NCBI RefSeq assembly: GCF_036321535.1
Contig: NC_087437.1
Coordinates: 99,326,001-99,390,000, forward strand
Direction of reading: 5' to 3'
From: Camelus dromedarius
Taxonomy: Eukaryota
Length of the DNA: 64,000 nucleotides
Positions 53,630 to 64,000 of the stretch are shown here, piece by piece. Under the pieces are notes generated by a model, which was not told the DNA's origin, did not search any database, and worked only from the letters and a program-made list of their open reading frames with translations. The translations under genes and the position numbers were made by a program. The first letter of the stretch is position 1. Every line of letters starts with the position of its first letter.

Positions 53630-54120
53630 AAATTCATGTGCAATGAGCAGAAGAACCCATCCCAGGGGCTTGAACAGAAGCATAACTACTTGTGTCACAC
53701 TGCAAGAAGCCTGAGATCAGGCCATGACTAGGGTTAATACAGAGGCTCAGGGATGCCCTTTAGATCCCAGGCTCTTTCCCTGTGGTCCATGTTGGGGCCT
53801 CTGATCCACAGGCTTGCTCTTCCATTTGATAGCTAATTACTGCACATCTGGGCCCTATCGCCTCATGTTGACTGTTTAGGAAGGAAATAGAGAAAAACTG
53901 GACAAAAAAGCAAGACCACACCATTAAATTTGGGAGAGGATGTCTTCTACCTGTATCTGACTGGCCAGAACTGTGTCACTTTGCCTGCTCTGGCTTTATG
54001 AGAAGCTGAGAAATTGAGTAATTTTCCTTGAGAACACTGACTTCCCAAAGTAAATCAAGGTTCTGACAGGATAGAAGTTGGAATTTACATTGTGTCAGTG
54101 ATTGGAGTTGTCTGCTGCAG
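53630..54120 (-). mobile_element. Old MLT1-type LTR
   Basis: gatcccaggctctttc...ctgactggccagaactgtgtcac...aaatcaagggttctg. Confidence 0.6.
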
Positions 54121-56630
54121 CTGGTGAACATATTAAAGGAAAGATGCATCCAGAAGTCTTAGAATAACTGTATAAAGATACAATTCACTGTTTGCTTATT
54201 ATGTGCAGCCTTAGCTATTTGGCACAGTGGATTATTTAGAAGGTGAACTCAAGAGTCTTCCTGGTGCCCCTCTCACCCATGCATGACAATAAAATGGGCA
54301 CTGGTAGCTGACTGTCTAAACTAAGAGGAAAAGTGAAAACCTCAAGTTAAATCTTGGGAGTATAATGGTGGATGAAAGATTGGTGACACCCACACACACT
54401 GCAGAAGCTTTAATTATTGTCACTTCAGTGTGGTAGCGGTCTGCAAGAAGAGGATCACTGTGTGGCTGCCCTCTGTGCAGTTGTGATTAGTTTAAATATA
54501 AGACTGACTTTGGGGAATTCCTGAATTGCAGCTGCTCCCCCTTGAGTGACTCAGATATTTTATCCTTTGTCCTACAGCAGACAGGAATTGAAATGCTAAA
54601 GAATGGAAATTCCTAACTGCCTTTTCTCCTCTCTACTCCAGTCACCATTGGCACCTCCAGAATTTAAGTTTTTCTGTAAGTGGTCTGGGGTAGAAGGTGA
54701 GGGAGGTGGCGTGGAAAGGCAGTTTCTGTGTTCACTGACAGAGCTTCCTGGCAAGCCCAGAGCGGTTGGGTAGAAGCAGGAGTGAAACCTCTTTCTAGCT
54801 GCCTATTGGAATTCAGATTAATTTGGAATTAATCAACTCATAATTAATCTTGGTTATTACTACTATGCCATAGATTAGTTACTTTAGGCGGTTTGTTCTT
54901 TTCTGTGTGCCTAATCCTAGAAAGAAAACACCTGTACTATTGTTGTAGGCATACACTTATTCTGAGAGTAATTGGCAAATCTCTCAAGAGATTTTCCACT
55001 ATACAACGTAAAAGTAATTTTGCGTGATGAACAAATCAGCATCACTCACCAAGTGTTTTACACAACAGTCTTAAATATTAAAATAAATACTAGTAATACT
55101 TTAATATATATAATATCCATGTTTCTCATATATCCTAATGGTATTCTATAGAAAAGACAAAGGTTAAAAAAAAAAAAAGAGTCCAAAGGAACATACAGTT
55201 GGGATATACGCACACGACCTTCATGGAAAATGAGCACAATCGCTGTGGAAAATACAACAGATCATTAAGACCTTTCTGAAAGACTGCTTGTCTATGTTAA
55301 ACATAGAATCCATTTCCTAGTTACATATTTACATTAGAAAATGGAACAGATGATATTATTTTTCCATTGCTTGAGTAATTTCTTTTTACTTAATTGATTT
55401 TTCTTTTGTCTTCCCTATCAGTTTGTCAGACAGCATGTGGTTTATTACTTTCATAGAGCTCAGATTTTCCAATATGAGAGTTGAACTTCTTTGCCATAAT
55501 TTTATATCATCTTATTTCAGACATATAAAATGGATAGAAATGTGTGTTTTTACATCATTATGTTTCCTACAAAGTGAAGCAATATTTCATGTAATAGCTT
55601 TAGGTACTCTATAATTACCATTTGGACTGAAAAAGGCAAGCATTTTCATTTGAACACATTTTAAAAATCATTTTTCAAATACATACATTTATGTGGATCC
55701 CAGAGTTCCCAGATTTTCTCCCATGGAGCTTCTATAATATAACCAGGCTAGATGAGAGCTATTTCATAGCCCAACTGGATAGTTTTTATTATGTATTTCA
55801 ATCAACAATTTGCAAAGGGCTTTTGAAGTTTAATTTAAAAACTCTTATCATTGTAGTAGAGCAGCTTTAGCTATTTCTCTTCATCTGATTGTCATGAACT
55901 CTAATGCTAAGTCATTCATCAGAATAATAAGGAACCATTTGGGATTGTATTTACTCTTGGGGCTCTTTCCAGTATCAGGAGTAGCAGCCTGATGAGTTAG
56001 GAGCAACCACTGAAAGTACTGGGGACCATGTGAGGAACAGCAGCTTTGTTAAACTCATGTCAGTCCTCTGGTTTATGAAGAGTGATGAAGCTCTCATTGT
56101 CTGTCATGGCATGTGTTGTAGAAATGTAGTATTGTCTTTAGTGTCTATGGCCTTTCAGTAAGTAGAGGAAACTTTGGAATCTCTATCTCTTTCAAGAGGA
56201 ATCTAACTTCTGAAGGAATGGGATGTGGGGCAAGTCAAAGATGCCCTCATTAGCTCTCTGACATACACTGGCATTTCTAATGTAAGAGTGATCATATGTG
56301 CACGTTCCTTTTCCCCCTTATAGGGAGCATTAGAATAGCTTCAATATGTATATGTATCATGTACATGTCTCATTTATGTTTATGTGGGGGTGATGGTGTT
56401 AGTGGGTTTATATGTATATGGAAAGATAGAGTAATGGTTTATGATAGATTTCCTATTAGGTCTATTAAAAATAACATGAAACCATGATGCAATAATGTAA
56501 AAATAACAGGGAAAAGAAAAGTAAAAAACAAAAAAATTTAAAAACCAGAAATAAAGCCTACTATGTGCTTTTGCATATTTGTGAATAATACTCACTGTCA
56601 TTATATGCCAATTAAAAATATTGAGATCTT

Positions 56631-56679
56631 ACTTGACACAACATTGTAAAATGATTACAAATCAATAAAAAATGTTAAA
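56631..56679 (+). mobile_element. 49-bp ultra-truncated L1 3' end with 17-bp TSD
   Basis: ttgacacaacattgtaaaatgattacaaatcaataaaaaatgttaaaa matches the tail of the L1 at 20089-20130. TSD aaaaatattgagatctt (56614-56630) / aaaaatactgaggtctt (56680-56696). Confidence 0.85.
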
Positions 56680-57714
56680 AAAAATACTGAGGTCTTTTAC
56701 AAACATCATGAATATTACTTAACTTTTTAGAATACATAGTTTCAACAGATAATTAACTGTATAAATTACCTTTTATAGAAGTTTAGTTATAAGTGATCAT
56801 TTTCAGGGTATTATCCAGAGAGAGTCAACACTTTTATAGAGTTGATTTGGATTATGATTAAAAGTATGAAATATCATCCTTGTGAAATTTGAAAGACTTA
56901 TACACACCCAGTTTAGCATTAAAATCTATTAGAAGCTCTGGTGCATTTGCTGGTCTAATGTGAATTGATATACAGGTTCAATCAAAAAACATGTTGATCA
57001 GTCTTTGTTCCATGCCACTGGAATTCATATTATTATAATATGTTATAATCTTTCAAATTAAATTAGGATATATTCCTTTATGATAAGTTAACTAAAATGC
57101 ATTAGACTATTTGTGAGTCTCCAACAAAACTACACATTCCTTCATTTTACATAATTTAAAATAGTATTGACAATGTCAGTATTTGTCAATATTGTGTCAA
57201 TTGGAACTAAATTCAAATTGTTCTAATTATGCCTAAAACATAGAATTGCTCCATTATTTCTTAGTTTAAACATACTTTCTTTAAAGTACATTAGTAATAA
57301 ATTGTAATCTAAACAATGCTTTGGGAGATCTGCTGCTTCTAAGTTTGTTTCCATTCTAATAGATTATTTGAAATTAATAGTTGTCAGCTTCCTTGAGACA
57401 GGATATGGAAACACAGACTTCACAGATGCATAGTGACTTCCAGGAATAAAATAATAAAAATAATTTAAATTACTGGATTGTCATTAGAATTACACTACCC
57501 CTTGGGAAGCAAAGTATATCATATAACTTTGAAGTATAACTTTCATTTGAATAGTATTTTATCATAGCATTTGTAAAACATTTTAGCCCCAAGGCTGAAA
57601 ATAAGATGTTGGGTACCAATTTTTAAATATGATTGCTTCACATTGGAGAATATGTATTTTGAAGGGTAAAGATTTTCCAAATCTAGAGAGTAATAGACTT
57701 TTTTTCTTGTGGGT

Positions 57715-58060
57715 CATGGACAACAGAAATTTATTGCTCACAGTCCTGGAGGCTGAAAGTTAGAGATCAAGGCACCAGCATGGTCACCTTCTTGTGAGAA
57801 TCCTCTTTTAATTCCTGGCAGATGCCTTCTCATTGTGTCCTTACATGATGGAAAAGGCTAAAGATTTCTCTGAGGACTCTTGTTTTTTTCTTTTTTTTTT
57901 TTTTCCTCTCAGGACTTTTATAAGGGCACTAATCCTATTCATGAGGACTCCACCCTCAAGACATTAAGTGCAACCCAAAGGCCCTCCTAATATCATCATC
58001 TTTGGGGTTTAGGGTTCAGTGAATTTTGGGGTGACACAAATATTCAGATCATATCATAGC
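57715..58060 (-). mobile_element. MLT1A/B-like MaLR LTR
   Basis: caacagaaatttattgctcacagtcctggaggctg...ttttataagggcactaatcc...gaattttggggtgacacaaatattcag. Confidence 0.88.
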
Positions 58061-61000
58061 CTGAGGTACATTCCACTGTATTTCCAAATATAAAATGCAA
58101 AGTTGAATTACCACAGGTAGTAGTATTCTTTAACTATGTTGTCTCTTTCCTTGAAAACAAAACTGTCTGGACTGTAGCAGCTGTAACTGTCAGCCTTGTA
58201 TGACAGTTTTGGGTATGCATTCCACTGATACCCTGTTTCCCCGTCAGGCTGAGAGACCTGATGGAGATACTAGGCACCTTTGTAAAGATTTCAGTATTAT
58301 CACAGGCTTTTCCTACAAAATGATAGCATTCCAGTCACCACACCAAGAAATTATCTGTAGGAGTATTAGAGATTTCACGTATTATCAGCATTTCTTTTTG
58401 CTTCTGGTATATAAATTCATCAAAGTTCATTTTGAGGAGCTGATTTGAGTTTATGTATGTCTACATATTTGTATATCACAAAATGTCACCTTGCTTTATT
58501 TTACTAATTTTTATTAAATTTGGGAAACGACTGATGTCTTTAATAATTTTGAGAAGCATCATGAATACAAAAGCTTTTCCCCCATATTTTCGTGTTGGTA
58601 GTCCTCTTTATAATAAAATGTATATATGTTTTTAAAGCCAAATCAATCCAAGCCAAAAAAAAAATACCTTAAATCTTTTATTCTGTGTTACTTTTCTTAC
58701 TGCTAGTATAGAGGCACTTTCTCAATTCTTCCAATTATTTTTATAAATGATGGATAAATTACTTATTTTTAAAATTTTCTTATGTTTCTATTTTTAGTAT
58801 TACCATGTAACTTATTTTTTATGGACATTTTCCAGAATAAATAGTTCAGTGAGTAAGATGTTTTTCCGTGCCATCTTTATTAAGCAATTTATTTAAAAGT
58901 CATTTCTTATCATATTGTACTTGGTTCTAAGTTACCCCTGTGCTTTACTGCTACTGAAACACCTCAGTTAAGTGAACTTCAGCTTACATTTATCTGGGAT
59001 GTTCTGAATGGCAATTAATGTCTTTAAAATGGAAAGTTTTGTGATTCAAAGTTAGGTTTTCACAAACATGGGCAGCATCAACATAGCTATTAACACAATA
59101 GATATCTTGTCATAAATTACTGCTCTTAAAATACAAAATTTGTTAATTTCATTGAAAGATTTCAGAACCAGTTCAAGAAGAGAAAGCTACCGTTCACTGA
59201 AAATGTAATAATTTACGAATCCATAGAATAAATAGTATTTGTTTCACTTAGTTTTGTGAACATGTGGAATTTATTCATCATGTCCTGTCCTGATCTTGGA
59301 CTTACTTATAGCTCCTTAAAGGCATAGGCTTCAAGAAACAAATTGACTTCCACATTTGATGTTTTGGTTCCATGTGAAAGATTATGTGACCCTATCCTCT
59401 ATAATACTGGTAATCTCCTAAGATAGATGTTTAAAAAGAAATTAAACTCTTAAAAAATCTTTTAGATAGAGTAAAAAAAACCCCAATAATTTTGTTGAAT
59501 TAAATAGCAAATACTTACTAAAAGACATTCTGCCACTGTTTCTTCTTTCATAGTTAAACTTAAGCATTACCAAATATAACTTTGGGAAAAATTGTCAGGA
59601 AAGATGATATCTAAATTTTGCAAATAATATTTGTTATGATATTTGTGCTGGCATTTTGTAGTTATTTAGGGAGAATATATAGATACAAGACAATTAACCT
59701 TTGTTGCTGGATATTGCTTAGGAATGTGACACTCAGTTAAAACATCTTTGAGTTCCCCCTAGCTATGTTGTTGAAGTAAGTTGCTAGATGATTTTTATTA
59801 TGTCATCTTACAGAAATTAAAGAATACAAAATAGATAGTCTCCTTTTTTGTGTAGGGACTAGAGAAATAGAAATGCATGTGGAAATAAAAATATAAAATA
59901 AGCCAGAATTAAATGGAAAATAAGGCTCGTTCAGTCAAGACACTTGTACTGTCACTGGTGATAGCTTGGAATATTATCTTCTGGGAATTTTTGTATTTAG
60001 TAGAGAATTACTGAATAGCACGTTTTATATTCTAACCTAATGGACTAAACTAGTCATGGAATTCCAGGCCTTAATGGTTGCCTGAAGAAGGAGGGCATTT
60101 GGGGGCTTACACTGCATTTTGGTCCTTGCTGCCAAGACAATAGAAGGTATGTGCTTACTTGATTAAGTCATGAGTCTCCTGGGCCAACCTCTACTCTTAA
60201 CTTACAGTATATAAGCAAGGCATGCACACAGTAGGCTTAAGAGCAACTCCCTACCTGTGCCTCTTTATATTTTCAATTCATAATGTTGATCCTGAGTAAG
60301 CAAAGTTTTTGATCATCCACGTTTTATGATTAAATACCCAAAATTTCTTTCTATCTGGTGTCAGAGGATTCATTGCCTACTAATAAGCACAGACCATCCA
60401 GTGGCAGTAATTTTAATATTCTACTCTTATTCTTTGAATGTTTAACTGTGTGCTGTGTGCATGTGTGTGTGGTAATCCTAGCATATTGCTTACTATTTCT
60501 ATTTAGTTTCCCTAACATCACGTATATTTATGCTTGTCTCTGGTTATACATATGTAAATCATTCTTTTTAATACCTTCAGTACAAAGACATACTTAAATG
60601 TACCAGTTCCGAGAGCCTAAACTATGGTAGCATTTGCAGTAGTATTTTATGTCTCAGTTGATATTGATGTTTTAAAAATACTTTTGCCTCAAAAACATTC
60701 TTTTCAGGTCATTTGGTATTTTTATGTTGCAAACTGAAGAAATTCAAAGTCATTAGAAAAACATTTCCATTTAACTGGGTCCTCAAACTGTAATCATATT
60801 GCCTAAAAAAGTTAATAGTTAACTAGATATTTTCACATTTCTAGTCCATGAAATGGGCTAATTTTATAAAAAGAGAAAGCCAAAACTTTTTCTATGATTT
60901 GGCTTCATTTATTGCAAAAGATTACAAAGTAATTGAAGGAAAATGAAAACTAAATGAAATAATTAAATAAGCAATCTAATTTCTAGGTGTTAATTCAATT

Positions 61001-61064
61001 CTATTTCTAATCAATTTTCTGTATTTTAAACTTCATTTGCTTTCTATCTCCTTCTTGCCTGCAG

Positions 61065-61360
61065 GCTTAGCTGTCTCAAATTATGGGATGGATATATCCC
61101 TGAGTACTTAGCATGATGACACAAGGGAAAAATGCCACTCAGAGAGCTAGACTAATACATTTAACAGTTACTCCATTATTTGGTGGTTTCAAACTCCAGA
61201 TGGCCATGTCTAGTTGATTTAATTGTATTTGCCTGTAAGTTAGAAATCTGTTCTGTGAAATAGTATGACCAGAAAAGGATAAATCTTGATCTTACTGCTT
61301 CTGAGATATTTTTAAGGGAAAGAGAAAGGTAGTGTACCAAAAATGGAAACATTGAGCAAG
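61065..61360 (+). other. Candidate alternative non-coding exon, 296 nt
   Basis: Strong acceptor ttgctttctatctccttcttgcctgcag| (AG 61063-61064) and consensus donor AAG|GTAAGT (61361-61366). Pairing of the two sites is inferred. Confidence 0.4.
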
Positions 61361-61864
61361 GTAAGTGAAAACCTTTTTAATGTGTCTTGGTCAGTAAGTT
61401 ATACCAAATTGACAGATACAAAATATACTGACATTTATATTGATGAAGTTACCAAGTTTCCATGTGTTCTACCCACACATCTACAAATCTGAAAAAAAAA
61501 TTAACTGAAGAATTCACTGAATTGGCATGTAAAAGCCGTTTCTATAAATCATGGGGTCAGTTGTCAGTCCCTCCTTGAGTGATTGCTTATCTCTAAAGCT
61601 AACAGAGGTGCTCTTGAAGCTGACTACAATCTTTAAAGGCAGGAAAGATAAGTAAAAGTATGTGGGAGATTGACTGTTAGCATTACAACAAATATTCTCC
61701 AGCATGAGTGATCAGGATATTAAATTTATGGTAATTGAATTCAATAGCTTTTGTCAGAAAAGTATTTTCAGATATGAATGAGTAATTTCTTATTCATCTT
61801 TGGCAAGTACTTATAGTTGGATAAAATTTTTAAGTTTTTTTTTTTTTTTTTTTTTTGCTTTTAG

Positions 61865-61978
61865 GATGCCACTTAAAAAGACAGACAAACCTCACAAGCT
61901 TTAATGGATGTCTTAGTAGGAGACAAACGCTCCATAAAAATTCCACTGCAGCTTTCTGCACCGTTGAAACCACATGAG
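61865..61978 (+). other. Candidate internal exon, 114 nt
   Basis: A long poly-T tract plus gcttttag| (AG 61863-61864), a more balanced composition inside, and a moderate donor GAG|gttaat at 61978/61979. Confidence 0.6.
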
Positions 61979-62359
61979 GTTAATATTTAAGTTAATCTTG
62001 ACCATTTTTATTGTTCCCTTTTAAAAATTAGTTATTTAGAAATAATTTATGAAAATTTCAACTGCTCAGCTCTAAATATTTCTGCTGGCAATGTCTGTAG
62101 GGACTAGGGGAACGTATTAAAAGATAATCACTAACAGATTTTCTAGATCCCTCTTTACTACAAATTGCTTTATAATAATGCTAACATTTAGAGTTGTGTA
62201 ACATTAATGCATTCACCTTTTTTCCTCTTAATCCAACTGCATTAAAACACATATGGAATGGCAATTCTACCTGTCAGTTGCAATCTACCTAATAGTTTGA
62301 CCAATTTTTAAATAGTGACCTGATTGATTTACTAAATATTGGACATTAAATCAAGCTTT

Positions 62360-62398
<39 letters not shown>

Positions 62399-62401
62399 AT
62401 G
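62360..62401. repeat. (TG)n/(TGTA)n microsatellite
   Basis: Directly visible. Confidence 0.95.
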
Positions 62402-64000
62402 AATTATCACTGCACCAAGTTCTTTATACCACCATCCAAAGACTTAGTTCTTTATAGCTCTCATACCCTTGGAGTTTTTGTGCATACATTTGTTTCTCTG
62501 TGGCTAAGCACATCCCTAAATTACATGATTGCACATGGTAGCATTCTCCATTATCAATATCTTGAAGACAGATTAAGTGAGGCTGGATTTGTGCATTTTG
62601 TCTTCAATCCTGTCAGAGACCAATGCTCTCTCTCCTTGGGAAACCTATAGTGAGGAGAAGGCATGAACCGTTGTGTTTCCCCACCTCCATATGCTATTCT
62701 TGAGTGATCATGATATGGGGCTTCAATTATTTATTCTTATCATTCCAAGAATAAGTAAAGTCCATGTTTCTCAATTATGTTGAAAACTTCCCAAACCACT
62801 TACCCCTGTATGATAGTTACAGGATTATTGACTTTGAAAGGGCCTATTTTGTAATGCTATTGTATCTGATAGTAAGCTTTTGCTTTTAATTGTGACAGTC
62901 TGAAAGCATATTCTGAAAGCTGCTTCCAGGGAAATGTAATTATTCTTGGTTGGGAATGTTCTTCTGGTGATGCCACCAGCCTCCTGGGTACTAAGCATGT
63001 CTGATGATAGGTAATTCATAAGCCCAAGATGACATTTCCCAATGAGCTGTTTTGTCACAGGTTATCCATTTTGTCAGACCTGTTATTTCATCCTGAGCTT
63101 TAATGTGACTATCATGTTGCTGGGCTGGTAGCTGAGAGTGTCATGAAGCCTGTCAAAATCATAATACCCTTTGAATCAGAATACATAATTTTCAAATCAG
63201 AGCATGTGAAATTTAAATAAGGATCCCACCAAGTCACAGCTAATTTCTTCCTTCCTTCCTTGGTAATGTATGAGCATAATCAGCCCTTGCAAATAAGTTA
63301 AGTCAATGGAGGGACAGAGGTGCTCACTGGCGCAGGCCCTGCTCCCTGTTCTTAGGTTCCTGCGGGATGAGTTTGAAGGAAGTAGTCTGTTTAGGTGACA
63401 AACTGCTTGAATGATCCAACTGTGACAAATGCAAGAGACTCTGTGTGTGTGTGTGTGCAATTACAATTCTCATGCCTCCAGGCTTGCTTTTTTTTTAATC
63501 TTTCCACCTTGAAAGTTAGTATATATATTAAAATGTGAATCTGTGCTTTCAGTATAATTCATTTTAATACAGTAACTTAATTACATGAGTTTATAAATTC
63601 AGAGGAGTTGAAGATTAGAAACAAAGTTCCAACATCAATATAGTATAGGTATTAAGGCTATTCTTAAAAATAGCTCATTTCCTTAAATAATTTTTAAGTA
63701 AACATTGGAAATGAAAGTTAGAAATATCTTGTCAACAGAGAAGTCACCTTAATTAAATTATTTTGAAATTAGCTAGTTAAAGGACATTTACAGAATATGA
63801 ATTAGTTGAGAGCACAATTTTAATACATTCCTTTGTGTTAGTATTTGGAATTTTGAAAAAAAGTTGTTTTCTTTTTATTTGTCTTATTTGTTTTTGTTTG
63901 TTTTATTTGGGAGTGATTATACATTTATATTTATATAGCTAAATAGCGATGTCTGTATGTGTATACAAAATCATCATGACAATAAAATCAAGCCAGTTAA

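Noticed and set aside
1..64000. CRISPR array, operon, prophage or other prokaryotic system; a named host gene
   Set aside because: The sequence is clearly mammalian non-coding DNA with no repeat-spacer array or long ORFs. The exon candidates could not be reliably matched to a gene from memory, so no symbol is given.

Overview
AT-rich, CpG-depleted mammalian genomic DNA, most likely camelid: it contains a tRNA-derived SINE matching the camelid Vic-1 type, and I recognised no Alu, Bov-A/B, PRE-1 or Can-SINE. No protein-coding exon of a known gene was recognised. The ORF track is mostly L1 ORF2 debris and chance ORFs. The window looks like the large-intron 5' region of a + strand gene or lncRNA. 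A CpG-enriched candidate promoter/first exon at ~9.2-9.7 kb ends in ATG|GTGAGT, and well-bounded small exons lie at 39245-39305 and 61865-61978, with a possible extra exon at 61065-61360. Around these are L1, L2, MIR, MLT1 LTR and DNA-transposon fossils and microsatellites. The best leads are: (1) overlapping short ORFs with a TAATG stop/start overlap that appear only after conceptual splicing; (2) a 141-bp local duplication fused to a tiny L1 3' stub; (3) a perfect 36-bp-arm AT-rich palindrome; (4) a cluster of TGACA motifs. I found no prokaryote-type system. The host gene could not be named, and repeat family calls and boundaries were made by eye and are approximate.
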